From NCBI GenBank assembly GCA_017442785.1, contig JAFRZB010000038.1, positions 79,416 to 143,415 of the forward strand: 64,000 nucleotides of DNA. The letters are read 5' to 3'. The DNA comes from Bacillota bacterium (GTDB lineage: Bacteria; Bacillota; Clostridia; Peptostreptococcales; Anaerovoracaceae). Positions 9,253 to 18,619 of this stretch are shown one piece after another (the first letter of the stretch is position 1; each line of letters begins with the position of its first letter). The notes under the pieces are model-generated. The model was not told the origin of the DNA. It saw only the letters and a list, made by a program, of their open reading frames with translations, and made no database searches. A program made the position numbers and the translations under genes.

Positions 9253-10367
9253 AGAGGATAGGTGTATTCGGCGGCAGCTTCGATCCGATCCACTACGGCC
9301 ATCTGATACTTGCCGCTCAGGTAAAGGAGCTCTCCGGGCTCGACAAGGTAATATTCATGCCGGCCTACGTATCCCCGTTCAAGGTGGACGCTCCTCCCGC
9401 CTCCGGTCCGGCAAGGCTTAAGATGATAGAGCTTGCGCTTAACGGCCTGGAGGGATTCGAGGTCTCGGATCTTGAGATAAACAAGGAGGGTCCGTCCTAT
9501 ACCTTCGATACACTGGATGAGCTTCGCAGACAGATGGGGGATGACGTAAAGCTCGTATTCCTTCTCGGAAGCGACAACCTCAAGAGCATTCTCAAGTGGA
9601 AGAAGTCCGAGGAGCTGATAAACGACTTCGGTCTCATAGCTGTCTGCAGGAAGGGCGAGGACAAGTCCGTAATAGACCGCTGCGTAGCGGAGATACGGGA
9701 AAAGTATCCCAAAGCGGACATACAGCTGTTCGAGACACCTGAGCTGGAGATATCCTCTGGAGAGATAAGGGACAAGCTGAAGTTCGGACAGGACATAACC
9801 TTCCTTACACCGGACAGCGTCATAAGATACATTGACGAGGAAAAGCTCTACGACAGCCTTACAAGAAGGCTCGGGCTCTTCGTAAGGTCCAATGTAAAGC
9901 CGTCGAGGTTCGCCCACACGCTGCGCGTTATAAAGAAGTGCAGAGAATACGGAGCAAGATACGGCGCGGACATGGAAAAGCTTGAGACAGCTGCTATCTT
10001 CCACGACGCCTACCGGGACGCCGGAAACCTTGAGCACGGGCCTCTGGCCGCGGAGCACATGGAAAAGGACTTCGGAGTTACAGACCCCGAGATACTCGAA
10101 GCCGTAAGATACCATACCACAGGCTGCGCCGGCCTTGGAAAGACGGGGATGGTCCTGAAGCTTGCGGACACATTGGAGGACGGAAGACCGTTCAAAGAGG
10201 CTCCGATACTCAGGGCGAGAATGACTGACGACCTTGAGGAGAGCCTGCTCATCCTGATGGAAAGACTCAAGGCATACGTCGAAAGCGCAGGCGACAACAG
10301 ATTCGATAAGAACTCACAGGAATTCATGGACTGGCTTAAGGAAAGGACAGCAGGGAGAAACACATGA
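9249..10367 (+). CDS. nadD: Fusion of nicotinate-nucleotide adenylyltransferase (NadD) and a YqeK-type HD-domain hydrolase
   Basis: The start was moved to ATG 9249 (MKRIGVFGGSFDPIHYGHL, the HxGH nucleotidyltransferase motif), in ATGA overlap with the aspS stop. The C-terminal half contains RFAHTLRV...AAIFHDAYRD...VRYHTTG, the YqeK HD domain. Confidence 0.85.
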   Translation: MKRIGVFGGSFDPIHYGHLILAAQVKELSGLDKVIFMPAYVSPFKVDAPPASGPARLKMIELALNGLEGFEVSDLEINKEGPSYTFDTLDELRRQMGDDVKLVFLLGSDNLKSILKWKKSEELINDFGLIAVCRKGEDKSVIDRCVAEIREKYPKADIQLFETPELEISSGEIRDKLKFGQDITFLTPDSVIRYIDEEKLYDSLTRRLGLFVRSNVKPSRFAHTLRVIKKCREYGARYGADMEKLETAAIFHDAYRDAGNLEHGPLAAEHMEKDFGVTDPEILEAVRYHTTGCAGLGKTGMVLKLADTLEDGRPFKEAPILRARMTDDLEESLLILMERLKAYVESAGDNRFDKNSQEFMDWLKERTAGRNT

Positions 10368-10717
10368 CAAACAAGGAAATAGCCTTAGAGATCGCAAAAG
10401 CTCTGGATGCAAAGAAGGGCCAGGACATAGTGATCGTCGACATCGCCGAAAGATCAGGCTTCGCAGACCTCTTCGTGATAGCGGATGCAGGAAACTCCAG
10501 GCTTCTTGAGGCACTTGCCGACGAGGCGGAGGACAAGATGGCCGAGCTCGGAGAAGATCTCCACCACAAGGAGGGCCTGGGAGACAGCGGCTGGATACTC
10601 CTGGATTTCGGAGATATAATCATAAACCTGTTTACAAAACAGCAGAGAGACCACTACAACATAGAGAAGGTCTGGTCCGACTGCGATACCGTAGAATATA
10701 CAGCTGAAAGGAAATAG
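10364..10717 (+). CDS. rsfS: Ribosome silencing factor RsfS (iojap family)
   Basis: 117 aa; KKGQDIVIVDI...DLFVIA.GNS..L.ALADE...GW.LLDFGD.I.N.F....R..Y..EK.W. Confidence 0.9.
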   Translation: MTNKEIALEIAKALDAKKGQDIVIVDIAERSGFADLFVIADAGNSRLLEALADEAEDKMAELGEDLHHKEGLGDSGWILLDFGDIIINLFTKQQRDHYNIEKVWSDCDTVEYTAERK

Positions 10718-10723
10718 TCCCAG

Positions 10724-13225
10724 ATGAAAGACCGTTACGATTTTAAGGCCATAGAGGAAAAGTGGCAGAAGATATGGGAAGACACGGACGCCTTCCACGT
10801 CACAGAAGATCCTGACAAAGAGAAGTATTACTGCCTTGAGATGTTCCCGTATCCGAGCGGAAAGATACACATGGGGCATGTACGCAACTACTCCATAGCG
10901 GACGTCGTTGCAAGGTTCAAGACCATGAAGGGCTACAACGTCCTTCACCCGATAGGCTTCGACTCCTTCGGTCTTCCTGCCGAGAACGCCGCTATACAGC
11001 ACGGCATACACCCGGCCGTATGGACCAGCTCAAATATAAAGGAGATGGAGACAGAGCTCAAGCGCTGCGGCTTCTCCTATGACTGGGACAGGACCGTCTA
11101 CACATACACCGAGGAATACTACAAGTGGATGCAGTGGATATTCATCCAGTTCTGGAAGAAGGGTCTTGCTTATAAGAAAGAGAACCCCGTTAACTGGTGC
11201 CCGTCCTGCGCTACGGTGCTCGCCAACGAGCAGGTGGTGGACGGAAAGTGCGAGCGCTGCAAGACAGAGGTCACCAAGAAGGACCTCTCACAGTGGTATC
11301 TTAAGATAACCGCGTACGCCGACAGGCTCCTGGACGACCTTGAGAAAATGCCCGGCTGGCCCGAGAAGGTCAAGACCATGCAGAAGAACTGGATAGGCCG
11401 CTCCGAAGGCACAGAGCTCGACTTCGACATAGTAGGATCCGAAAAGAAGCTTCGTGTATTCACCACCCGCGTGGACACTGTATTCGGCACGACCTTCATG
11501 GTAATGAGCCCCGAGCATCCCATGCTGCACGAGCTCGTCTGCGGCACGGAGTACGAAGCCGCCGTCGAGGAATACTCCGAGCAGGTAAAGCACCTCTCCG
11601 ACATTGAGAGGACTTCCACAAGCAAGGAGAAGACAGGCGTATTCATCGGGCGCTACGCCATGAACCCGCTCACTCACAAAAAGATGCCCATATACATCTC
11701 CGACTACGTCCTGATCTCCTACGGTACAGGCGCGGTAATGGGTGTTCCGGCACACGACCAGAGAGACTTCGACTTCGCAAAGAAGTTCGGTCTTGAGATA
11801 ATCCCGGTAGTAGATCCCGGCAGGGAAGACGTGGATGTAAACAACCTGACAGCCGCGTTCGAGGCAGAAGGCAAGATGATCAACTCCGGCAAGTACGACG
11901 GCATGGATAATAAGGACGCCATCATCGCAATAAGGGACGACCTCAAGGCGATAGGGCTCGGAGAAGCAGTTACTAATTACAGGCTCCGCGACTGGCTCAT
12001 ATCCCGCCAGAGATACTGGGGCTGCCCGATCCCGATGATATACTGCGAGGACTGCGGATGGGTGCCCGAAAAGGAAGAGAACCTTCCCGTTCTTCTGCCG
12101 ACAGACGTTGAATTTACCGGCAAGGGCGAATCTCCGGTAGCAACGTCCAAGACCTTCGTCGACACGGTCTGCCCGATCTGCGGCAAGCCCGCCAAGAGGG
12201 AAGTGGACACCATGGACACCTTCCTGGATTCCTCCTGGTACTTCCTGCGCTACTGCGACGCAAGGAACGACAAGGCTCCGTTCGATCCGGCAAAGGCTTC
12301 TTACTGGATGCCAGTAGACCAGTACATAGGCGGAGTTGAGCACGCTATCCTCCACCTGATGTACGCAAGGTTCTTCACCATGGTACTCCACGATCTCGGC
12401 ATGGTCGAGATGGACGAGCCGTTCACCAACCTGCTTACCCAGGGCATGGTGCTCAAGGGATACAACGACGCAGAGGGCAACTGGATAGTAGGCAAGATGA
12501 GCAAGTCCGTAGGCAACGTCGTAAGCCCCGAGGAGATAATACAGAAGTACGGCGCGGACACCGCAAGGCTGTTCATACTGTTTGCGGCTCCTCCGGAAAG
12601 AGAGCTCGAATGGTCCGACGCGGGCGCGGAAGGAGCCTACAGGTTCCTCGGAAGGGTATACCGCCTGATATACGATCTGGCTCAGGATACCAACGGACTC
12701 CCGGCAGTATACAAGACTGAGACCAGGGACGATAAGCAGCTGGCTTACATTTTAAACAATACGATAAAGAGAGTTACCGACGATATAGAGAAGCGTTTCA
12801 ACTTCAATACGGCCATAAGCGCCGTAATGGAGCTCGTAAACGAGATGTACAGATATAAGGAGCTCGACGACGTCAACATGGGTCTGATGCGCCACGCCGC
12901 CGAAAGCGTAGTCCTGCTGCTCTCACCGTTCGTTCCTCACATCTGCGAGGAGCTCTGGGAGGGCCTCGGAAACAGCGAGTCCCTTTACAGACACCCCTGG
13001 CCGGAGTACGACGAGGACGCTCTTGTAAAGGACATGCAGGAGATAGTCGTTCAGATAAACGGCAAGGTGCGCGAGAGGATGGAGGTCCCCAGCGGCCTTG
13101 GAAGAGACGAGCTCTTAGCTTACTGCCTGGAGCAGGATGCCGTAAAGGCGCTCATGGAGGGCAAGGACGTCGTTAAGACCATAGCCGTGCCCGGAAAGCT
13201 CCTCAATATCGTCGTGAAAGGATAA
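10724..13225 (+). CDS. leuS: Leucine--tRNA ligase
   Basis: 833 aa with [16 protein letters not shown] (HIGH motif), KMSKSVGN (KMSKS motif) and a CP1 editing domain. Confidence 0.96.
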   Translation: MKDRYDFKAIEEKWQKIWEDTDAFHVTEDPDKEKYYCLEMFPYPSGKIHMGHVRNYSIADVVARFKTMKGYNVLHPIGFDSFGLPAENAAIQHGIHPAVWTSSNIKEMETELKRCGFSYDWDRTVYTYTEEYYKWMQWIFIQFWKKGLAYKKENPVNWCPSCATVLANEQVVDGKCERCKTEVTKKDLSQWYLKITAYADRLLDDLEKMPGWPEKVKTMQKNWIGRSEGTELDFDIVGSEKKLRVFTTRVDTVFGTTFMVMSPEHPMLHELVCGTEYEAAVEEYSEQVKHLSDIERTSTSKEKTGVFIGRYAMNPLTHKKMPIYISDYVLISYGTGAVMGVPAHDQRDFDFAKKFGLEIIPVVDPGREDVDVNNLTAAFEAEGKMINSGKYDGMDNKDAIIAIRDDLKAIGLGEAVTNYRLRDWLISRQRYWGCPIPMIYCEDCGWVPEKEENLPVLLPTDVEFTGKGESPVATSKTFVDTVCPICGKPAKREVDTMDTFLDSSWYFLRYCDARNDKAPFDPAKASYWMPVDQYIGGVEHAILHLMYARFFTMVLHDLGMVEMDEPFTNLLTQGMVLKGYNDAEGNWIVGKMSKSVGNVVSPEEIIQKYGADTARLFILFAAPPERELEWSDAGAEGAYRFLGRVYRLIYDLAQDTNGLPAVYKTETRDDKQLAYILNNTIKRVTDDIEKRFNFNTAISAVMELVNEMYRYKELDDVNMGLMRHAAESVVLLLSPFVPHICEELWEGLGNSESLYRHPWPEYDEDALVKDMQEIVVQINGKVRERMEVPSGLGRDELLAYCLEQDAVKALMEGKDVVKTIAVPGKLLNIVVKG

Positions 13226-13227
13226 TA

Positions 13228-14898
13228 ATGGCGAAAAAGAAACAGACAGTAAACAAATTAAGGATAATACCTCTCGGAGGTCTTCATGAGATAGGAAAGA
13301 ACATGACCGTCATCGAGTACGGCGAAGACATCATCGCCATCGACTGCGGCATGTCCTTCCCGGACGATGAGATGCTGGGAGTAGACGCGGTAATACCCGA
13401 TTTTTCCTATCTTGTCCAGAACGCCGGCAAGTTTAGGGGAGTGCTCATAACACACGCGCACGAGGATCATATAGGCGGAGTGCCGTATCTTCTTAAGCAG
13501 CTCGACGTTCCGATCTACGGAAGCAGGCTCACGATAGGATTCATAAAGAACAAATTAAAGGAACACAAGCTTTCCGACAAATGCCTCCACGAGATCGAGC
13601 CCGGAGAGCAGATACCCTTAGGATGCTTTAAGGCTGAAGCAATACATACGACGCATTCAGTTGCGGACTCCTTCGCCTTTGCGATAAAGACCCCCGTAGG
13701 GACCCTGTTCCACACCGGAGACTTCAAGGTGGACTACACCCCCGTGGACGGAAGCCCCATAGACCTCTCAAGGCTTGCAAGAATAGGGCAGGACGGCGTG
13801 CTACTCCTGATGGGAGACAGCACCAACGCCTTAAGGCCGGGCTTTACGAAGTCCGAGCAGATAGTAGGAGATTCTCTTGCCAATATCATTAGAAGCACAA
13901 AAAAGAGGATCATAATAGCTACCTTCTCCAGCAACGTGCACAGAGTGCAGAAGATAATAGACATCGCGGCAGAGAACGGAAGGAAGATAGCCGTGTCCGG
14001 GCGCAGCATGGAGAACATGGTGAACATTGCCCAGGAGCTTGGTTATCTGAACATCCCGCCGGGGACCATGATCCCGCTCAAGGACATAAACAGGATAGAC
14101 GACCACGAGCTCGTTATAATCACCACCGGAAGCCAGGGAGAGCCCATGAGCGCTCTTTACAGGATGTCCGACGGGTCCCACAAGAACGTACACATAAGGG
14201 AGAACGACCTTGTCATCCTCTCATCCAACCCGGTTCCGGGCAACGAGAGAGACGTTTCAGACATAGTGAACTCCCTGATGGAGCAGGGCGCCGAGGTGCT
14301 CTACAACGACATAGCGGAGACCCACGTATCCGGCCACGCCTGCGAGGAAGAGCTCAAGCTCATCCACACGCTGCTGCATCCGAAGTTCTTCATGCCCGTA
14401 CACGGCGAGGTAAGGCATCTGCTGGGACACGCCAGGATAGCAAGAAACCTCGGCATGCCCGACAAGAACATAATATACGCTAACAACGGCGACGTAATAG
14501 AAGTCACCCGAAGGAGCATCACCCTTACAAAGGAAAAAGTAGATGCAAACCCCGTACTCGTCGACGGGCTGGGCGTGGGAGACATAGGAAACTCCGTCCT
14601 CAACGAGAGGAAAAACCTCTCCGAGAGCGGCCTGATAGTAATAGCGGCCATATTCGATTCCAAGGGCAAGCTCGTGTCCGGACCGCAGCTGCATACCAGA
14701 GGCTTCATATTCGTAAAGGAATACGGAGCGCTGCTGGATGAGGCAAGGGCGGAGATCATGAACGCGCTCGAAGACGCCGCAGCGCAGGGAATAAAGCGTC
14801 CGGCCATGGAAAAGCTGATGGTAGATAAGCTGAGAAGCTTCATTTATAAGAAAACAAAGAGGAGCCCGGCCATAGTACCGGTGTTCATGGAGGTTTAA
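13228..14898 (+). CDS. rnj: Ribonuclease J
   Basis: 556 aa with beta-lactamase/beta-CASP features: ITHAHEDHIGG, GDFK.D.TP, HVSGHA and the C-terminal domain. Confidence 0.93.
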   Translation: MAKKKQTVNKLRIIPLGGLHEIGKNMTVIEYGEDIIAIDCGMSFPDDEMLGVDAVIPDFSYLVQNAGKFRGVLITHAHEDHIGGVPYLLKQLDVPIYGSRLTIGFIKNKLKEHKLSDKCLHEIEPGEQIPLGCFKAEAIHTTHSVADSFAFAIKTPVGTLFHTGDFKVDYTPVDGSPIDLSRLARIGQDGVLLLMGDSTNALRPGFTKSEQIVGDSLANIIRSTKKRIIIATFSSNVHRVQKIIDIAAENGRKIAVSGRSMENMVNIAQELGYLNIPPGTMIPLKDINRIDDHELVIITTGSQGEPMSALYRMSDGSHKNVHIRENDLVILSSNPVPGNERDVSDIVNSLMEQGAEVLYNDIAETHVSGHACEEELKLIHTLLHPKFFMPVHGEVRHLLGHARIARNLGMPDKNIIYANNGDVIEVTRRSITLTKEKVDANPVLVDGLGVGDIGNSVLNERKNLSESGLIVIAAIFDSKGKLVSGPQLHTRGFIFVKEYGALLDEARAEIMNALEDAAAQGIKRPAMEKLMVDKLRSFIYKKTKRSPAIVPVFMEV

Positions 14899-14899
14899 G

Positions 14900-15232
14900 A
14901 TGCAGAATGTATATGATATCGCTCACGAACTGGTAAGATCTCTCAGGGAGACAGATCAGTACAAGGACTTCGTCGACGCAAAGAAGGCTCTGGACGCCAA
15001 TCCGCAGATCTCTGCGATGATGAACGATTTCCAGGAGAAGAGCATGGAGTTCCAGACAAAGACCATGTCCGGACAGGAGCCCGATGCCGACGCTCTGGAC
15101 CAGATCCAGAAGCTCTACGGCATAGTGATGTCCGATCCTCTGGCATCGTCCTATTTCAACGCGCAGTTACAGCTCCAGACCATACTCGGAGACATATTCA
15201 AGATAATCTCGGAGGCCGTTGATGTCGAATAG
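14900..15232 (+). CDS. YlbF/YmcA/YheA-family (UPF0342) protein
   Basis: 110 aa, helical. Its N-terminus (VYDIAHELVRSLRETDQYKDFVDAKKAL..N......M.DFQEKSMEFQ) parallels B. subtilis YheA/YlbF-type proteins. Starts 2 nt after the rnj stop. Confidence 0.72.
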   Translation: MQNVYDIAHELVRSLRETDQYKDFVDAKKALDANPQISAMMNDFQEKSMEFQTKTMSGQEPDADALDQIQKLYGIVMSDPLASSYFNAQLQLQTILGDIFKIISEAVDVE

Positions 15233-16292
15233 GTTCGAGGAAAGGCTCGGACGCTTAAGAGCCGAGCTCTCTAAAGCCGGAGTTGACGGCTTCTACATAA
15301 GCGGAGAGCCGAATGTAGCATATTTCACCGGAAAGAAGGGCAATGACTGCTTCCTCTACGTTACACAGCAGGACGCCTTCATAATAACCGACTTCCGCTA
15401 CCGCGAGATGGCGCAGCAGTTCACCTGGCTGCAGTATTATGAGCAGTTCTCCGGAAAGACCGTATACGACCTCATTAACTCCCGTACGGAGCAGAGGATA
15501 GGTGTCGAGAAGGACAGGATAAGCTATGCACAGGTCCTTGCATTAAAGGAGAAATGCCCGGCAAAGGAATTCGTTCCGCTGGACGACATAGTCCTTAAGC
15601 TCAGGGAGATAAAGGACGAGTTCGAGATAGAGGCCACCAGGAAGGCCTGCGCAGTAGCTATGAAGGCCTTCGACCATATGTGCGGGTTCCTAAGGCCCGG
15701 CCTTACGGAAAGACAGGCAGCGGCGGAGCTGGAATACTTCATGAAGAAGAACGGCGCGGAGGATCTGAGCTTTGATACCATACTTATAACCGGAGCCAAG
15801 ACCAGCCTTCCGCACGGAGTCCCCGGGGACGATGTCATAAAGAAGGGCGACTTCGTCACCATGGACTACGGCTGCAAGGTCGACGGATACTGCTCGGACG
15901 AGACGAGGACCGTCGCCATAGGAAGCGCCACCCAGGAGATGAGGGACGTCTACAACATAGTCCTTGAAGCCCAGCTGAACGCCTGCAACAACATCAAGGC
16001 AGGCATCACAGGCAAAGAGGCGGACAGCCTTGCAAGAGACATAATCGAAAAGGCAGGATACGGTGAGTTCTTCGGACACAGCCTGGGGCACGGCACCGGA
16101 CTGGAGATACACGAGAGCCCCAGATATGCCCAGACTAACACCTCGCCCATAAAGGCAGGCACCATAGTTTCGATAGAACCCGGAATTTATCTTCCGAAAA
16201 AATTCGGAGTTAGAATTGAAGACTTGGCATTAGTCACGGAAAAGGGTATAATAAACTTCGTAACAGCACCTAAAGAGTTGATAATACTGTAA
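15219..16292 (+). CDS. M24-family Xaa-Pro aminopeptidase/dipeptidase
   Basis: 357 aa with a creatinase-like N-domain and a pita-bread domain carrying metal ligands (DYG..VDGY.SD.TRT, HS.GHG.GLE.HE, SIEPG.Y..G..G.RIED). Confidence 0.88.
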   Translation: MMSNRFEERLGRLRAELSKAGVDGFYISGEPNVAYFTGKKGNDCFLYVTQQDAFIITDFRYREMAQQFTWLQYYEQFSGKTVYDLINSRTEQRIGVEKDRISYAQVLALKEKCPAKEFVPLDDIVLKLREIKDEFEIEATRKACAVAMKAFDHMCGFLRPGLTERQAAAELEYFMKKNGAEDLSFDTILITGAKTSLPHGVPGDDVIKKGDFVTMDYGCKVDGYCSDETRTVAIGSATQEMRDVYNIVLEAQLNACNNIKAGITGKEADSLARDIIEKAGYGEFFGHSLGHGTGLEIHESPRYAQTNTSPIKAGTIVSIEPGIYLPKKFGVRIEDLALVTEKGIINFVTAPKELIIL

Positions 16293-16316
16293 ACATACAA
16301 GGAAGGATGATAACCA

Positions 16317-16877
16317 ATGATCACAGCAAGCGATTTCAGAAAAGGCATGACCTTCGACATCAACGGAGAACCGCACGTAGTTCTTGACTTCCAGCACGTT
16401 AAGCCGGGCAAGGGCGCAGCCTTCGTAAGGACCAAGTACAGAAACATCCTTACCGGTGCAACCAGAGAAGAAGCGTTCAACCCGAGCGACAAGTTCGAGC
16501 AGGCTCACATCGAGACCAAGAAGATGCAGTATCTCTACAATGACGGAGAGCTCTACTACTTCATGGACCCGGAGAACTACGACCAGGTACCGCTTTCCTT
16601 CGATCTCGTTGAGGACGCCATCAAGTACATCAAGGAGAACGACGAAGTTACCGTCAAGTTCTATCAGGGCAACGCGTTCACCGTTGAGGCTCCGAACTTC
16701 GTAGACCTCATCGTTACCGAGACCGAGCCCGGCGTAAAGGGCAACACAGCCACCAACGTCACAAAGGCCGCTACTGTAGAGACCGGCGCAGTCATCCAGG
16801 TACCGATCTTCATCGAAGAGGGCGAAAAGATCCAGATAGACACCAGGACCGGTGAGTATCTCGGAAGATCCAAGTAA
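16317..16877 (+). CDS. efp: Elongation factor P
   Basis: 186 aa; [14 protein letters not shown] loop and [21 protein letters not shown]. Confidence 0.96.
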   Translation: MITASDFRKGMTFDINGEPHVVLDFQHVKPGKGAAFVRTKYRNILTGATREEAFNPSDKFEQAHIETKKMQYLYNDGELYYFMDPENYDQVPLSFDLVEDAIKYIKENDEVTVKFYQGNAFTVEAPNFVDLIVTETEPGVKGNTATNVTKAATVETGAVIQVPIFIEEGEKIQIDTRTGEYLGRSK

Positions 16878-16899
16878 AGATCAGAGATCAACGACACAG

Positions 16900-16940
16900 A
16901 GGACGAACAGTGCTTTTAAGTACTGCTCGTCCTTATTGTA
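16900..16940 (+). terminator. Hairpin after efp (weak terminator/attenuator)
   Basis: AGGACGAACAGT (16900-16911) pairs with ACTGCTCGTCCT (16922-16933), a 12-bp stem with one mismatch. The T tract (TATTGT) is poor. Confidence 0.4.
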
Positions 16941-16955
16941 AGCAGAAATACACGT

Positions 16956-17267
16956 ATGGCAAATAAAGATCAGAAGGAAAAGACGACACTGGAGCAGGCC
17001 GAAAAGCTCGTCCGCGAGGCTGTCCTTGCGACTCCCGGCGTGGCATCCATCCAGCCCACTCCGCCCGTAATGGACGGCATATTCATGTCTAACCTGTTCG
17101 GAAACCTTGAGATAGACATATTCGTCAACGTGTTTTACGGTTCCAACATCCCGGAGATCTCATGGAACATCCAGGAATCCGTAAAGGAAAAGCTCGAAAC
17201 GGAGACTACGCTCAGTCCCAAACACATCAACATCCACATAGAGGGGGTAGATCTTAGCAATGTCTGA
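16956..17267 (+). CDS. Asp23/Gls24-family envelope stress protein
   Basis: 103 aa with an Asp23-like pattern (A...A....GV..........G..........V.V......I.....N.Q..V...L......L....INI.I..V). It occupies the classical position between efp and nusB. Confidence 0.78.
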   Translation: MANKDQKEKTTLEQAEKLVREAVLATPGVASIQPTPPVMDGIFMSNLFGNLEIDIFVNVFYGSNIPEISWNIQESVKEKLETETTLSPKHINIHIEGVDLSNV

Positions 17268-17697
17268 CAGGAACAGCAGCAGAAGAGCGTCAAGAGAAGC
17301 GCTTCTGAAGATGCTTTTTCAGATGGAAGTACAGGGAGATTTTTCCGAGAAGGCAAGGAAAAACTTCAGCGAGGAGTTCCTCGGAGAAAAGCTGGACAGG
17401 GAATATTTCGACTCGGTCTTTGACGCATACATCACTCATAACGACGAGATCGATGATCTCATAGAGAAATACAGCAGGGGATGGAAGGTCGAAAGGCTCG
17501 CAAAGGTAGACCTCTGCGCTCTGAGGATATGCATCACCGAGATGCTCTACCTCAACGATGACACAGTGCCCGAGGCTGCAGCGATCAACGAGGCCGTAAG
17601 GATAGTAAAGATCTACGGCACCGAGGAATCTCAGCGCTTCGTAAACGGCATACTCGGAAAGATCTCCAGGGACTTTAAGAAAACCGATGAAAAGTGA
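17260..17697 (+). CDS. nusB: Transcription antitermination factor NusB
   Basis: 145 aa; SRR.ARE.....LFQ.E, W...RL..VD...LR....E......P..AAINEAV...K.YG...S..FVNGILG. Confidence 0.92.
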   Translation: MSDRNSSRRASREALLKMLFQMEVQGDFSEKARKNFSEEFLGEKLDREYFDSVFDAYITHNDEIDDLIEKYSRGWKVERLAKVDLCALRICITEMLYLNDDTVPEAAAINEAVRIVKIYGTEESQRFVNGILGKISRDFKKTDEK

Positions 17698-18619
17698 TCC
17701 TGTATTCCTTGGGGTAGATACAAGCAATTACACAACTTCAGCTGCAGCCGTCGATGCGCACGGAAACATACTGGCTGACAACAGGCGGCTTCTGGAGGTA
17801 AAAAAGGGAGAAAAAGGGCTCAGGCAATCTGATGCTCTTTTTCAGCATTGGAAGGCTCTCCCGGGCATTCTGACGCCTATCCTCTCGGAATACAGGGACA
17901 GGATAGTCTGCGTCTGCTCATCCGTAAGACCAAGGCCCGCGGAAGGCTCATACATGCCCGTATTCACCGCCGGCGCGAACATCGGAAGGGTGATCGCGAA
18001 GGCTCTGGGCGCCCGGTATACGGAGACCTCTCACCAGCAGATGCATCTTTACAGCGCCGCACTCGGAAACGATGTCGACATGTCAAGGCCGGTCCTCCTG
18101 TGCCATCTTTCCGGCGGCACGCTCGAATTCGTAGACGTCCGCGGAGACATTCACGACATAGCTTTCGCCACTAAGGACATATCCTACGGACAGCTCCTGG
18201 ACAGATTGGGTGTGGACCTTGGTTTTCCTTTCCCCGCGGGCAGGTATATAGACGAAGCGGCTGTCGGCATGGCCCCGGAAGGCCATAAAAACCCCTTTAA
18301 ACGCGTTTTCATGGATGGGACGGGTCTGAACCTGTCCGGCCTTGAAACTGCTCTCAGAACGGCTGAAAAAGACCTGAGCCCTCAGGAGTGCGCTTACTAT
18401 GCAATGGACAGCATAGCTGAGAGCTTCTGCCGTGCCGTTGAGATAGTAAAGAAGAGCAAAGGCACACAGCAGGTCCTCGTCTGCGGAGGCGTCGCGTCCA
18501 GCCGCTTCCTCAGGAATTACTGCAAAGGCAGGGGATACATGTTCGGAGATCCGCGGCTCTGCTCCGACAATGCAGCAGGCTGCGCTCTCTTTGCGGCAGC
18601 ACATTACGATAATGGCTAA
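17687..18619 (+). CDS. TsaD/Kae1-like ASKHA-fold protein (paralog of unknown function)
   Basis: 310 aa; FLGVDTSNYTTS N-terminus, HQQMH in the position of the TsaD HxxxH metal site, and C-terminal VCGGVASSRFLR and DNAAG. Confidence 0.7.
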   Translation: MKSDPVFLGVDTSNYTTSAAAVDAHGNILADNRRLLEVKKGEKGLRQSDALFQHWKALPGILTPILSEYRDRIVCVCSSVRPRPAEGSYMPVFTAGANIGRVIAKALGARYTETSHQQMHLYSAALGNDVDMSRPVLLCHLSGGTLEFVDVRGDIHDIAFATKDISYGQLLDRLGVDLGFPFPAGRYIDEAAVGMAPEGHKNPFKRVFMDGTGLNLSGLETALRTAEKDLSPQECAYYAMDSIAESFCRAVEIVKKSKGTQQVLVCGGVASSRFLRNYCKGRGYMFGDPRLCSDNAAGCALFAAAHYDNG

